Of a stretch of 64,000 nt of DNA, positions 1 through 9,543 are shown in pieces (the first letter of the stretch is position 1; each line of letters opens with the position of its first letter). The notes beneath the pieces were generated by a model, which was not told the DNA's origin, made no database searches, and was given only the letters and a program-made list of their open reading frames with translations. The stretch is from Puniceicoccaceae bacterium. Lineage in GTDB: Bacteria; Verrucomicrobiota; Verrucomicrobiia; Opitutales; JAFGAQ01. The stretch lies in NCBI GenBank assembly GCA_040224245.1, contig JBEGIR010000004.1, positions 26,707 to 90,706 of the forward strand, given 5' to 3'. Both the position numbers and the translations under genes were made by a program.

Positions 1-286
1 TGCCAACAAGAGCAGTGACACCACAAACAGTAGGATCTTCCAGAGAAGGGACCAGACCGATTGAAGGATGTGCCGGAATACTTGCATAGCGAATGCCCCG
101 CACCGACGGACCACAGGGACAATAGAACTGGAGCATCGCTCATGCAGGCGTGCCGGGGCAATTTAAATTTTGAGATTGTTTCACGGCAGCGGATATGCGA
201 GAAATCGAGGCTTTCTCATGGGTTGGACTGCGCAACGCGTACCAACCCTTCCGACACGTTGACGGATGTCATCATCCTGAACGCTC

Positions 287-1555
287 ATGAGCCAAGCACC
301 CGCATCCATTCGCTATTCTTCTGTTGGAGAAACCCTCGAAGTCCCGGTCATCAATCAGTTGATGTCCATCCCGCTCGAATATCCGGACATCCTGTCCCTC
401 GCTGCCGGCTTTACCGACAACGCCGTGCTGCCGAGCGATCTGATCGGAGAAATCGTAGCCGGGCTGCCGCACACCAATCCGAATCACGAATACCTGCAAT
501 ACGGCACCACCCAGGGCCGCTCCATCCTTCGAAAGCTCACCTGCGACCGGCTCAACGCCCTGCCAATGGAACAGGAGCATGCCTTTGACAAGGATCTCAC
601 CTTCATCACCAACGGCTCGCAACAGGCACTTTTTCTGGCTACCCACACCCTTTGTGACCCCGGCGATTATGTGCTGGTCGAAAGTCCGACATACTTTGTG
701 TATCTCTCCATGCTTCAGGGGCTGCAGGTCCGGCCCATTGGCATCCCGGTGGATGCACAGGGTCGTATCGACGCCGATGCGCTCGAGGCAATTCTACAGG
801 ACCTCAAAGCCCGGGGCGAGCTACCCAGGCTCAAAGCAGCCTACCTCATCGGCTACCACGCCAATCCCTCATCCCGCTGTCTGAAACTCTGGGAAAAGGA
901 AGCGGTCGCCCGCTTGCTCGAAAACATGCAGTGCCGCATTCCCGTGATTGAAGATGCCGCATACCGCGAACTCGCCTATGATGAGCTCGACCCCACACCC
1001 AGCATCATGAGTCTGCCCTGCTTTGACGCATTTCCAAAGCTTTACCTGGGAACCTATACCAAACCCCTGGCTACCGGACTGAAAATCGGCTACGGCACCT
1101 GCTCCGATCCCGAATGGTTCGCCAAGATGGTGTGCGCGAAAGGAAATCAGGACTTTGGCAGTTCCAACTTCTCTCAGGCAATCATTGAACAAGTGCTGCT
1201 GCGCAACGCCTATGATTCGCTGACTCACCAGCTCGGTCAGCACTACGGTCGCAAGGCGGAATTGCTCGACTCCACCCTGCGTGAGTTTGGTTTGCACGAG
1301 CGCGGATGGCACTGGGAAAAACCCGCCGGAGGCCTGCTCTTCTGGCTCCGTGCCCCCGAATCCATCAACACGGACATGGGGGAAATCTTCAGTGAAAAAT
1401 GCAAACAACAGGGCGTCATCTACGTGCCCGGTAGCTTCTGCTTCGCCCCACAAGCTCCCAGGAACTTTATTCGCTTGAGTATCGGCGCGCTTTGCGATGA
1501 TAAACTCGTGGAAGCTTCCAGGCGCTTCTGTGAAGTCGCTTCCATCTCATCATAA
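287..1555 (+). CDS. PLP-dependent aminotransferase, class I/II fold (ARO8/LysN-like), 422 aa
   Basis: ATG at 287 and a full-length ORF. Aminotransferase-like segments [14 protein letters not shown] and ESPTYFVY, plus a Lys-containing PLP-site-like segment [14 protein letters not shown]. Overlapping ORFs 272-646(-) and 869-1453(-) look like shadow frames. Confidence 0.8.
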   Translation: MSQAPASIRYSSVGETLEVPVINQLMSIPLEYPDILSLAAGFTDNAVLPSDLIGEIVAGLPHTNPNHEYLQYGTTQGRSILRKLTCDRLNALPMEQEHAFDKDLTFITNGSQQALFLATHTLCDPGDYVLVESPTYFVYLSMLQGLQVRPIGIPVDAQGRIDADALEAILQDLKARGELPRLKAAYLIGYHANPSSRCLKLWEKEAVARLLENMQCRIPVIEDAAYRELAYDELDPTPSIMSLPCFDAFPKLYLGTYTKPLATGLKIGYGTCSDPEWFAKMVCAKGNQDFGSSNFSQAIIEQVLLRNAYDSLTHQLGQHYGRKAELLDSTLREFGLHERGWHWEKPAGGLLFWLRAPESINTDMGEIFSEKCKQQGVIYVPGSFCFAPQAPRNFIRLSIGALCDDKLVEASRRFCEVASISS

Positions 1556-1577
1556 CCTACCTACTACCCAATTTCTC

Positions 1578-2972
1578 ATGAAAATTTGCTGTATCGGAGC
1601 CGGATACGTGGGCGGACCCACCATGGCCGTCATCGCTCACAAGTGCCCGCACGTTCAACTGACCGTCGTTGACATCAATCAGTCGCGCATTGACCAGTGG
1701 AACTCAGATCACCTGCCGATTTTCGAGCCTGGGCTGGATGACATCGTGAAAGCATGCCGGGGGAAAAATCTGTTCTTTTCCACCGATGTCGACACCCACA
1801 TCAAAGAAGCAGACCTGATCTTCATTTGCGTCAACACCCCAACCAAAACGTACGGAGTCGGTGCGGGTTCGGCCTCCGATCTGACCTACATCGAAGCCTG
1901 CGCACGCAGGATCGCAGATGTCTCGGAGTCGAGCAAAATTGTCGTCGAAAAATCCACGCTTCCCGTCAAAACCGCCGAGTCGCTCAAAAAGATTTTTGAC
2001 TCGCGCAAACTGGATTTCCAGGTGCTGTCCAATCCGGAATTCCTCGCCGAAGGCACTGCTGTCGAAGATTTGCTGCAACCTGACCGCGTGCTCATCGGCG
2101 GCGAAGAGAGTCCCGAAGGCCAGGCCGCCGTTGAAACCCTCGCATCGATCTACGGTAGCTGGGTTCCACGGGAAAAAATCATCACCACCAATCTCTGGTC
2201 CTCCGAGTTGTCCAAGCTCACCGCCAACGCCTTTCTTGCTCAGCGCATTTCAAGCATCAATTCAATCTCTGCACTCTGCGAAGCGACCGGAGCCAATGTG
2301 GATCAGGTCGCTCACGCCATCGGAACTGACTCTCGCATCGGCCCCAAGTTCCTCAAGAGTTCAGTTGGATTTGGGGGTTCGTGCTTTCAAAAGGACATTC
2401 TCAACCTGGTTTACCTTTGCGATACATTTGGACTGCCTGAGGTTGCCGAATACTGGCGCCAGGTCGTCTCGATGAACGATTATCAGAAGCGCCGCTTCTC
2501 ACGACGCATGCTCAAGGAGATGTTCAATACGGTGACCGACAAAAAAATCGCGGTCTTTGGGTTTGCTTTCAAAAAAGACACCAACGATACACGGGAATCC
2601 GCCGCCATTTACGTCTGCCGGGACTTGCTCGAAGAACGCGCGATGCTGCACATCTACGACCCCAAGGTGACCGAGCGGCAAATCTTCCACGATCTGCAGC
2701 AGCCCGCACAGATGTCGGATGCCTCACCCAATCCGTATGTAACGATTTGCCAAGACCCTTACGAGGCAGCCAAGGATGCAGATGCCATCATCATCCTAAC
2801 GGAGTGGGACGAATTCAAAACCCTCGACTACGCCCGCATTCAGAAGTCCATGCGCAAGCCTGCTTTCCTATTCGACGGTCGCAACCTGCTGGATGTCAAT
2901 GCCATGCAGGCACTGGGATTTGATGCTCACGCCATCGGAAAAACAGCGATCCCCCGAATCGGGAAAGCCTGA
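1578..2972 (+). CDS. ugd: UDP-glucose 6-dehydrogenase, 464 aa
   Basis: The tracked ORF starts at 1497, but ATG at 1578 gives the canonical N-terminus [15 protein letters not shown] (Rossmann GxGxxG). Catalytic Cys motif [10 protein letters not shown] is present, with eukaryote-like UGDH length and C-terminus. Confidence 0.9.
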   Translation: MKICCIGAGYVGGPTMAVIAHKCPHVQLTVVDINQSRIDQWNSDHLPIFEPGLDDIVKACRGKNLFFSTDVDTHIKEADLIFICVNTPTKTYGVGAGSASDLTYIEACARRIADVSESSKIVVEKSTLPVKTAESLKKIFDSRKLDFQVLSNPEFLAEGTAVEDLLQPDRVLIGGEESPEGQAAVETLASIYGSWVPREKIITTNLWSSELSKLTANAFLAQRISSINSISALCEATGANVDQVAHAIGTDSRIGPKFLKSSVGFGGSCFQKDILNLVYLCDTFGLPEVAEYWRQVVSMNDYQKRRFSRRMLKEMFNTVTDKKIAVFGFAFKKDTNDTRESAAIYVCRDLLEERAMLHIYDPKVTERQIFHDLQQPAQMSDASPNPYVTICQDPYEAAKDADAIIILTEWDEFKTLDYARIQKSMRKPAFLFDGRNLLDVNAMQALGFDAHAIGKTAIPRIGKA

Positions 2973-2998
2973 TCATCCGTTGCGGTATTAAATGAAGT

Positions 2999-3028
2999 CC
3001 ATCCGGATCGACACTTTCATCCGGATGG
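2999..3028. terminator. Perfect 10-bp stem / 10-nt loop hairpin between convergent ugd and yjbR-like genes
   Basis: CCATCCGGAT-cgacactttc-ATCCGGATGG read directly. There is no adjacent T-run on either strand, so it is only a candidate bidirectional terminator. Confidence 0.4.
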
Positions 3029-3093
3029 CAATCATGCACAACACCACCTCAATGCACTCGACACTCTGTGGAGAGATGCAGCCGTGTTTGCGA

Positions 3094-3528
3094 TCAGATG
3101 CCGCGACGCAGATCCTCGCGCAGGGATTCGCGTTCCCGCGTGGCGGGTGACTCCGAGCGGGCATTCGACTCCAGCTGTTTTCGGATTTCCTGCTGGCGCG
3201 CCTTGGGCATGCCCTTCAATACACACTCAAAGGAATGGCGAACCCATTCCAGAAACACGGCGTCGGGCACGGAGCCATCGAGCGTCACTGTATTCCAGTG
3301 TTTTTTATTCATGTGGTAGCCGGGTTCCACGCATCGGTGGGCATCACGCAACTGTTGGGCGCGTTCCGGGTCACACTTCAGGTTGATGCGCAGTGGAAGG
3401 GTATCCCAATCGGTGAGGGCAAACATCTTGCCATCCGTTTTGTAAACAACCGCATCCGGTCCAAAAGGAGTTTCTTCGCTCACCTCTGGAAACCCAAGCA
3501 AGTATGACCGCAGTGCTTCGGGTTCCAT
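3094..3528 (-). CDS. MmcQ/YjbR-family (putative DNA-binding) protein, 144 aa
   Basis: ATG at 3528. Segments typical of the YjbR family: FPEVSEETPFGPDAVVYKTDGKMFA ... RINLKCDPE ... GYHMNKKHWNTV. Confidence 0.7.
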   Translation of the reverse strand: MEPEALRSYLLGFPEVSEETPFGPDAVVYKTDGKMFALTDWDTLPLRINLKCDPERAQQLRDAHRCVEPGYHMNKKHWNTVTLDGSVPDAVFLEWVRHSFECVLKGMPKARQQEIRKQLESNARSESPATRERESLREDLRRGI

Positions 3529-3608
3529 CTGATTCCCAATTCTCTTCTCTTTTACGCCTGCCGGAAATCCTGTGACTGACGCGCGAAACCAAATCCGGGG
3601 TCTATCGC

Positions 3609-4187
3609 TCAGCGAACAATCAAAATGTCCACTCGTCGCTCCTCCGCCATTTGACTGGGGCTTGCGTTGACTACGGCATCCAGATCGCCGCGAGAGAGCA
3701 CACTGATGCGACCGCCGTCCACTCCCAGTTGCACCAGGAAATCCTTGACGCTGTTCGCACGTCGCTCACCCAGGGCGAGATTGTAATCCGTAGTGCCCCG
3801 CCAGTCGCAGAAACCGGTCAGCAACACCTGAAGTTCAGGACGATCCATCAGGGTTTGTGCAGCACTCTCAACCAGTCCTTGGTCTGCCGGTCGAACAACC
3901 CACTTGTCGAGGTCGAAATACACGGAAATCTTGGGTCGGCTGGGGTCTCCCCAAATTTCAGGATCCACCAGAGCGGCCTGGCGCACTTCCAGTCCTTCTT
4001 CTTCAAGCTCCTCCAGCACAATGCCCTGTTCACCGAGATCGAGTTCCTGGATCCAGTCGGGGCGGATCTCAGAGGTATTAACCAATACAGTATCCTCGGG
4101 GCTTGGCCCGGTCATGGTATCCGAGCCACAAGAACTGAGGAGTATGGCTAAAGCCGTCAGAGCGATAGGCTTGATAAGCTTGAACAT
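3609..4187 (-). CDS. OmpA-family peptidoglycan-associated lipoprotein (Pal-like), 192 aa
   Basis: Signal peptide with lipobox LLSSC. C-terminal OmpA_C motif GTTDYNLALGERRANSVKDFLVQLGV ... RRVDILI. Confidence 0.8.
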   Translation of the reverse strand: MFKLIKPIALTALAILLSSCGSDTMTGPSPEDTVLVNTSEIRPDWIQELDLGEQGIVLEELEEEGLEVRQAALVDPEIWGDPSRPKISVYFDLDKWVVRPADQGLVESAAQTLMDRPELQVLLTGFCDWRGTTDYNLALGERRANSVKDFLVQLGVDGGRISVLSRGDLDAVVNASPSQMAEERRVDILIVR

Positions 4188-4342
4188 ATCTAACTCATAA
4201 AAGCCACGAACTCAGTATCGTCAAATCATTAAACGACCCGAAACCACGGATTTGCGACAGCAACGAAGGGATTTCACAAGAGTTTGACTTGGCCCGAATC
4301 GGCAATGCCTGCAGCGGAAGCTCTTAGACTCTCAGATCCCCG

Positions 4343-5200
4343 TCACTCAACCCATCGGCTGAGTGTCAGCACCAATACCGATTGGGTGTTGAAAAACGTG
4401 TGCATCCAAATGCTCGTACGCAGGTCCCCCGTATCCAGATAAATCTTGCCAAGAAGAAACCCGAGCACCGCGATCGGCAGAAACGAATCGAGGTTGAAAT
4501 GCAACAGGGCAAACAGCAACGAACTCACGATCAGCGCAACCCGGCATGAGGTCTGCCCGATCAGAAAGCGCAGCACAATGCCCCGAAACAATAGCTCCTC
4601 CAGCAGGGGAGCCGCCACGATTGCGAGCGTTGCCAATGCGAGAAATTTCCAAGGATCTTCGATACGCTGCATCAGGGTAACTGCTTCCTGTTCACCCGAA
4701 CTGATCCCCAATTGCTCATTGACCCAGATCGACAGCAGTGATGCCGCCCAGATCAATGGGAGGTAGCGCAACAATCGATCCAAGGCTATCAGCGAGGGGG
4801 ATGTTGACACACCTGAACGAAAAAAGCGCAGTTTGTAGGCATAGCGCGCACCGAGCAGAGTGAGCAGCATTGCCAGCTGGATGCTTGAGCTGTAGAGTAT
4901 CGTGTACCAACTCGTCTCCAGGCCGTCCATGGATTCAATCGCCGGATCAAATCCCGCCGGAAACACGAACCGTATGATGCCCATCGCAATCCCAAAATGC
5001 AGCATCACACCACACCACAGCACCAGCAGGAGGTCGAGCCACCCCGCGCTCCACGCATCTTGTGATGTCAACGGACTGGTTCCCGTCTCCGCAGGGCCAA
5101 CTCTCCAGCGTCTCAGCCAGAAATACAGGCAGCCGGCGAGCAGGGTCAGTCCGGCAACATTAGCGAGGGTCTCTGCGATATTGGAGGGAGAGTCATTCAT
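4343..5200 (-). CDS. CPBP (CAAX/Abi-type) intramembrane metalloprotease, about 285 aa
   Basis: Multi-TM protein with the three CPBP motifs EELLFRG, FALLH and WMHTFFN. ATG at 5200 forms an ATGA overlap with the upstream stop (5197-5199). The tracked start at 5215 is a GTG. Confidence 0.8.
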   Translation of the reverse strand: MNDSPSNIAETLANVAGLTLLAGCLYFWLRRWRVGPAETGTSPLTSQDAWSAGWLDLLLVLWCGVMLHFGIAMGIIRFVFPAGFDPAIESMDGLETSWYTILYSSSIQLAMLLTLLGARYAYKLRFFRSGVSTSPSLIALDRLLRYLPLIWAASLLSIWVNEQLGISSGEQEAVTLMQRIEDPWKFLALATLAIVAAPLLEELLFRGIVLRFLIGQTSCRVALIVSSLLFALLHFNLDSFLPIAVLGFLLGKIYLDTGDLRTSIWMHTFFNTQSVLVLTLSRWVE

Positions 5201-5664
5201 GGGTTGCGCCACCACTGAGGCCAGTTTGCGCTCGAATTGTCAAGTAACAGACGTTGACGGTCGCCATCGAGTTGGCAAATCTGCTTGCGAAACGGTAGAG
5301 CGCGTCGCACACGCGCGACCCCGCGATAAAGTAAATTCCTGACGCTGCGGGGAATCCAACGCAACCCATGCATCCATCTAACGGGTGCCCGCATGCCCGC
5401 GCACAGCTCCAGCACCGCATCGGAGCGTTCATAGATCTCATCAGGGCGCACCAGCAGGAGCGTCGTGGGTTCCGGTTCCCTGTGATTGGCGGACAACCAG
5501 CGCTGTCCGGCCTCGCTCTGTGAGGGCAGGAAGCCGGTATCGGGTTGACGTAACCACCGGATCGCCCAGCCCACGAACTGATTGCACATGCCACAGTCGC
5601 CGTCAAAGACCACGACCTGCCGAATCAATGGCCAGTTGGCCGGATCAGAGCGGGTCAATTTCAT
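5197..5664 (-). CDS. DCC-family (DUF393) thiol-disulfide oxidoreductase, 155 aa
   Basis: N-terminal signature VVVFDGDCGMCNQFV (DGxCxxC). ATG at 5664 overlaps the upstream TGA (5661-5663) as ATGA. Confidence 0.8.
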   Translation of the reverse strand: MKLTRSDPANWPLIRQVVVFDGDCGMCNQFVGWAIRWLRQPDTGFLPSQSEAGQRWLSANHREPEPTTLLLVRPDEIYERSDAVLELCAGMRAPVRWMHGLRWIPRSVRNLLYRGVARVRRALPFRKQICQLDGDRQRLLLDNSSANWPQWWRNP

Positions 5665-8081
5665 GACAGGTAGTGTTGGCGCACCAGTCGCAGTAATGCA
5701 AGAATTCCGATGGGTTTACCACCGCCCTTTCGAACCTGGTCACCGATTTCAAAGGCACTTCGCCAATGCTCCATCAACAATCGCCAGGCATGCCACACCC
5801 GGTATTTTGGATCATACATGTGCGCAGGTTCGGAGGTCAGCAGGTTTAACTCGAGGATCTGAATGGACTCTCCATTTGTCAGGGACGATTCATCCGGAAC
5901 TTTCAGATCAAAACGTCCCAGATAAAACCCATGCACAGCGTGACTGACCCGATCCAGAAACTGCCGCAAGGCGTCGCTGGTAAATTCGCAAGCATCCAGA
6001 AAAAGGGAACCGCGTGCATGAGTTCCGATTTCCACGAGCGGCACCCTTTCTCCGTCAGCCGGAATGCTGTAGATGGATTCGGCGTGCCGCTTCAAAAGGG
6101 AGGATGCATAACAGACCGCGCGTTCATCCTTGAGGATCAATCGCTCCAAGGTGCTCACTCCATCTCCCACGACTGAGGTGTAGAGCTTTCGGGTGATCGA
6201 AGGAATGCACCCTTCACTCTGCATTGGCAACCTCCGGTACAACACACCAAACTCAATCCCTGCGACATACTGCTGCACAATCAGGCGTTGGGACTGCCCG
6301 TGAAACGCATCGTCAAGATCGCTTTCCGAGCGCACAATGCACACTCCACGACCACGCTCACCGCGCTCAGGTTTGATTACGACGGGAAACTGCCATCCCT
6401 GTTCCTCCATCACTGCCCGCAATCGATGGACCGTGAGTTCATGGGGTTCCAACACGGCAAAAGGTGCCACCGGTACGCCCGCATCTGCAAGCTGACGCAG
6501 AATCTCAATTTTTGACTCTCCCAGCCATCCCCCACATGGAACCATGGGATTGCTAAGAGACGGAAGCGTCAGGCTGCGGTATCGCACTGCTAATCCCATA
6601 ATGTAAACGAAAACCGGCAAATACAGCAATTTGGAGGGCCAGAATTCCCATCGAATCACTCGCATCCACTTTCCATAGGCCAACCTTCGTCCCCGAAAGG
6701 TGAACAGGGGAATGCCTTGATGCAGGAGGGTCACCAGCGCGATCATCGCAGCCAGCATCATCCACCCCGTCCAGAACCCAAATTCATCGTACCAGTGCAG
6801 CATGCGTTCGCCCAGCCAGCTCGACAGACCGACTAACAGCGGAACCCACACGACAGCTGCACCGAGCAATACTGCCGACACGCGCCACCAGGGAGACTTG
6901 AGGATGCCCGCTGCCAGAAACACGGGCACCCGGGTGCCCGGCAGGAAGCGGCTTGCGATCAATACCCAAATGCCATTGCGCAAAAACCACCGCTCACTCG
7001 CGAGCAGGGTCTCCCTCGAGAGCATCCAACAAAAGGGTCGATGAATCAGGACTTTCTCCCCCAAAAACCGTCCCAATGCGTAAAGGGCGATGTCGCCGAA
7101 AAAAATCCCCAATACGCATCCAGCCACCGCAGGCAGAAAGGCCAGTGCTCCGTGGGAGACCAGCAACCCCGCACCCACACAGGCCAGGTCTTCGCTCATC
7201 AGGGTCGAGAGTGCGATCAAAACCACGGCTACCCACAGCGCCCGCCCCTGCCACAGTTCATGTCGCGCCGCCCACGTGTTTCGAATCTCTGCTCGCTCGT
7301 TTGGCGTGAGTCTGAGAACTTGGTGGGGTTCGGTTAGTTCCACCCGTGCAGTGAGATCCGGAACGATCCGTTCCTCATCGGCAGCGCGCATCAGACGGGA
7401 GTGAGGAATCCAGCGGTGAAGCACGCGACTCTGCTCCAGCTCCTGCCCCTGTGACACCGACAGGGAAACGGGCATCTGCAGGTCGAGCGTGTCGAGCAAG
7501 GATGGAACCGAACCACTGGCAACAATGGCTGCCGCCAATTTGGTCTCCACCAGTGATGGCGCCAGCGCCCACGCAAACGGAACCCCATGCCGCAGCATCC
7601 AGGCTATCCCACCCTGCAGACTTCGAAGACTGCGATCCAACAGGGGATGCCCAAGTGTTTCAAATGCAGGCAGCCCTTTTGCATCAATGAGAACCAAATG
7701 CGAACACCACTCTGGATGTTCATTGGCAAATGCGAGTGCGGTCATGCAGGCATAGGATTCTGCAACAATGACGACAGGGGCTTGACTGCTTGTGAAATCC
7801 ATCTCTGGCACCTTCAGCCCTCCAGTCATGCCCTCAAAGGTGCGTACAATCGCGTGGAAACGGGTTGCATCTTTCACCCAAACCCTGCCGTCATCACTAA
7901 ACCACACTGCGGCCTCAAACTGGCTCAGAAAACGCACCATGCTTTCGCTTGCCGGAGGTGAATCCTGCGTGTCACCAACGTGCAGATCATGCAGGCGGGC
8001 AGAGAGTGCCAGCAGCAGGAAGTAGATGAGTCCCGACACCAGCATCCACCAACGTTTTCGAGTCTGCATCATGTCGATCAT
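5661..8081 (-). CDS. Multi-domain membrane protein, 806 aa: N-terminal TM helix, alpha/beta-hydrolase-like region, DedA/VTT domain and C-terminal ATP-grasp ligase domain
   Basis: Hydrolase-like VVIVAESYACMTALAFANEHPEWCSHLVLID. DedA/VTT core GDIALYALGRFLG...IASRFLPGTRVPVFLAAG. ATP-grasp FPVVIKPERGERGRGV, QQYVAGIEFGV and ILELNLLTSEPAHMYD. ATG at 8081 overlaps the NRDE stop as ATGA; the tracked start at 8111 would overlap it by 34 nt. Confidence 0.75.
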   Translation of the reverse strand: MIDMMQTRKRWWMLVSGLIYFLLLALSARLHDLHVGDTQDSPPASESMVRFLSQFEAAVWFSDDGRVWVKDATRFHAIVRTFEGMTGGLKVPEMDFTSSQAPVVIVAESYACMTALAFANEHPEWCSHLVLIDAKGLPAFETLGHPLLDRSLRSLQGGIAWMLRHGVPFAWALAPSLVETKLAAAIVASGSVPSLLDTLDLQMPVSLSVSQGQELEQSRVLHRWIPHSRLMRAADEERIVPDLTARVELTEPHQVLRLTPNERAEIRNTWAARHELWQGRALWVAVVLIALSTLMSEDLACVGAGLLVSHGALAFLPAVAGCVLGIFFGDIALYALGRFLGEKVLIHRPFCWMLSRETLLASERWFLRNGIWVLIASRFLPGTRVPVFLAAGILKSPWWRVSAVLLGAAVVWVPLLVGLSSWLGERMLHWYDEFGFWTGWMMLAAMIALVTLLHQGIPLFTFRGRRLAYGKWMRVIRWEFWPSKLLYLPVFVYIMGLAVRYRSLTLPSLSNPMVPCGGWLGESKIEILRQLADAGVPVAPFAVLEPHELTVHRLRAVMEEQGWQFPVVIKPERGERGRGVCIVRSESDLDDAFHGQSQRLIVQQYVAGIEFGVLYRRLPMQSEGCIPSITRKLYTSVVGDGVSTLERLILKDERAVCYASSLLKRHAESIYSIPADGERVPLVEIGTHARGSLFLDACEFTSDALRQFLDRVSHAVHGFYLGRFDLKVPDESSLTNGESIQILELNLLTSEPAHMYDPKYRVWHAWRLLMEHWRSAFEIGDQVRKGGGKPIGILALLRLVRQHYLS

Positions 8082-8830
8082 TGGGTGGATTCCCGTTGCA
8101 AGCTCAGGCATAGGGGAGCTGAAAATTCGGGACCCTCTCCCATGGGTTCGCTGTAGGCAAAACGAACGTGTTGTGCGTCCACATCCACGCGCGAATGACT
8201 CACGGTGCGCGCATCCTCACGCACCATGTTGACCGATTCCGCACCCTGCCCCGGGATTCGGTTGCGGTGGAAATACTCCAGTTCACAAAGGCGTTGCTGC
8301 CTCTCGGTTGCTCTCACTTGTGCTGCAAAACTGGCCCGGCGCGCGCCAACAATTCGATCATTTTCGAAGGATGAACTGCTAACGGCCGCATCACACCTCC
8401 ACGAATGCTCATGCAGCTGCACTTCGGACCCATCCCAAAACAAGCTGTGCACTCCCTGAATCGGATCAAATTGAAAGAGATGAAACGCAGGATAGCGCTT
8501 GAGATCAAGTTCCTGAATTCGCATCTGAGTTTCGCTCCAGCCCGAGCTGTCGCGAAGCGTCATCACCAACCAGCCACGGCTTTCAAATTCACCTGAGCAA
8601 GCATCCGCTGAACCTACATCAAACCGATTCAGCAGGCAGGTGGTGACTCCCGCCGCATTAACCACCATCCAGGTTCCCCCTCTGGCACCGTCTCGCGCAT
8701 GGATGCAGCGCCGCTCATTCCCAGCTCCCGTGATTTGAATGGGCTCAGCGGGAGCACGTTCCCGGCGTTCGTCACGGTTGAACAATACCGTGTACTGATC
8801 GAGTGCGAATTCCCAGGTCAAGGTGCACAT
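8078..8830 (-). CDS. NRDE-family (TANGO2/DUF833-like) protein, 250 aa
   Basis: ATG at 8830 gives MCTLTW...VLFNRDE, the Met-Cys start and NRDE motif of the family. The tracked start at 8854 adds 8 residues and overlaps the DinB stop. Confidence 0.75.
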   Translation of the reverse strand: MCTLTWEFALDQYTVLFNRDERRERAPAEPIQITGAGNERRCIHARDGARGGTWMVVNAAGVTTCLLNRFDVGSADACSGEFESRGWLVMTLRDSSGWSETQMRIQELDLKRYPAFHLFQFDPIQGVHSLFWDGSEVQLHEHSWRCDAAVSSSSFENDRIVGARRASFAAQVRATERQQRLCELEYFHRNRIPGQGAESVNMVREDARTVSHSRVDVDAQHVRFAYSEPMGEGPEFSAPLCLSLQRESTQ

Positions 8831-8850
8831 GTTCAAGCATCCCCAATATT

Positions 8851-9387
8851 TCAAGCACCCGTATTGCGAGCAGCCCGATAGTGCAAGGTGGATGGTGCCA
8901 CCCCAAAAACCTCTGGAACTGTCACTCCCATGGCTTCACAATGCATCGCAATGATCGCAAAATGGTGCACGGTGTGACTGACAAGGAACTGCCATTCTCT
9001 GCCAACACTGGATAAACAGGAATCCGGCTGTTGGCTGTCTGCATTCATTCCCGTCTGCATGCAAACCCGCAAGGGCTGTTCCATTGAGGGGGTCTTCAGA
9101 TTGCGCAAGCGACTCAGGATCAAATCGATACAGTCTGCCGCATGTTGGACGGATTGTTCCTGCTCTGGGGAACGATTGCGGTGATCGTAGTCCACCATGT
9201 CCCGCTCATTTTCCAGACAATCCAGTAAACATTCGTAATGATCCGAAACATGACGCAAGTGTGCTCCGATGCCCGATTTGCCACCGGGAACCTGCACCTG
9301 CGAAAATCGCTCATCATCCAATGCAGCAAGCAGTGTTTTAGCAGATTCCAAAAAAGTGATATTGGCTTCAATCAAGGCAGGAGGCAT
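8851..9387 (-). CDS. DinB-superfamily (four-helix bundle, metal-binding) protein, 178 aa
   Basis: ATG at 9387. His-rich motifs HLRHVSDHYECLL and HTVHHFAIIAMH are typical of DinB/YfiT-like proteins. Confidence 0.7.
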   Translation of the reverse strand: MPPALIEANITFLESAKTLLAALDDERFSQVQVPGGKSGIGAHLRHVSDHYECLLDCLENERDMVDYDHRNRSPEQEQSVQHAADCIDLILSRLRNLKTPSMEQPLRVCMQTGMNADSQQPDSCLSSVGREWQFLVSHTVHHFAIIAMHCEAMGVTVPEVFGVAPSTLHYRAARNTGA

Positions 9388-9510
9388 GGGGTGAAACGCT
9401 GGAAAGGGTGTGGTTACAGATCGCGTTCGGGATCGCGAAGCGATTGCCTGAAATTAGAGTTCCTCTGCGCATTGTCCAATTCAATTTCGAAAGCACCCCA
9501 CTCACACGGC

Positions 9511-9538
9511 AAAAAGCCGCCATGCAACGTCTGGCAGC
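9511..9538 (-). terminator. Rho-independent terminator candidate downstream of the DMT transporter gene
   Basis: On the minus strand: GCUGCCA-gacguugca-UGGCGGC (7 bp including one G-U) followed by UUUUU. It lies 6 nt after the stop at 9544. Confidence 0.55.
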
Positions 9539-9543
9539 AGCTC

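Noticed and set aside
1-286. Possible partial gene or RNA at the left edge (for example a minus-strand ATG at 136 that stays open to position 1; tracked ORF 61-588)
   Set aside because: All three plus frames hit stops within about 90 nt. The minus-frame fragment (MLQFYCPCGPSVRG...) is too short and featureless to support. ORF 61-588 starts at TTG, overlaps the aminotransferase gene out of frame and has Arg/Ser/Pro-rich junk composition.
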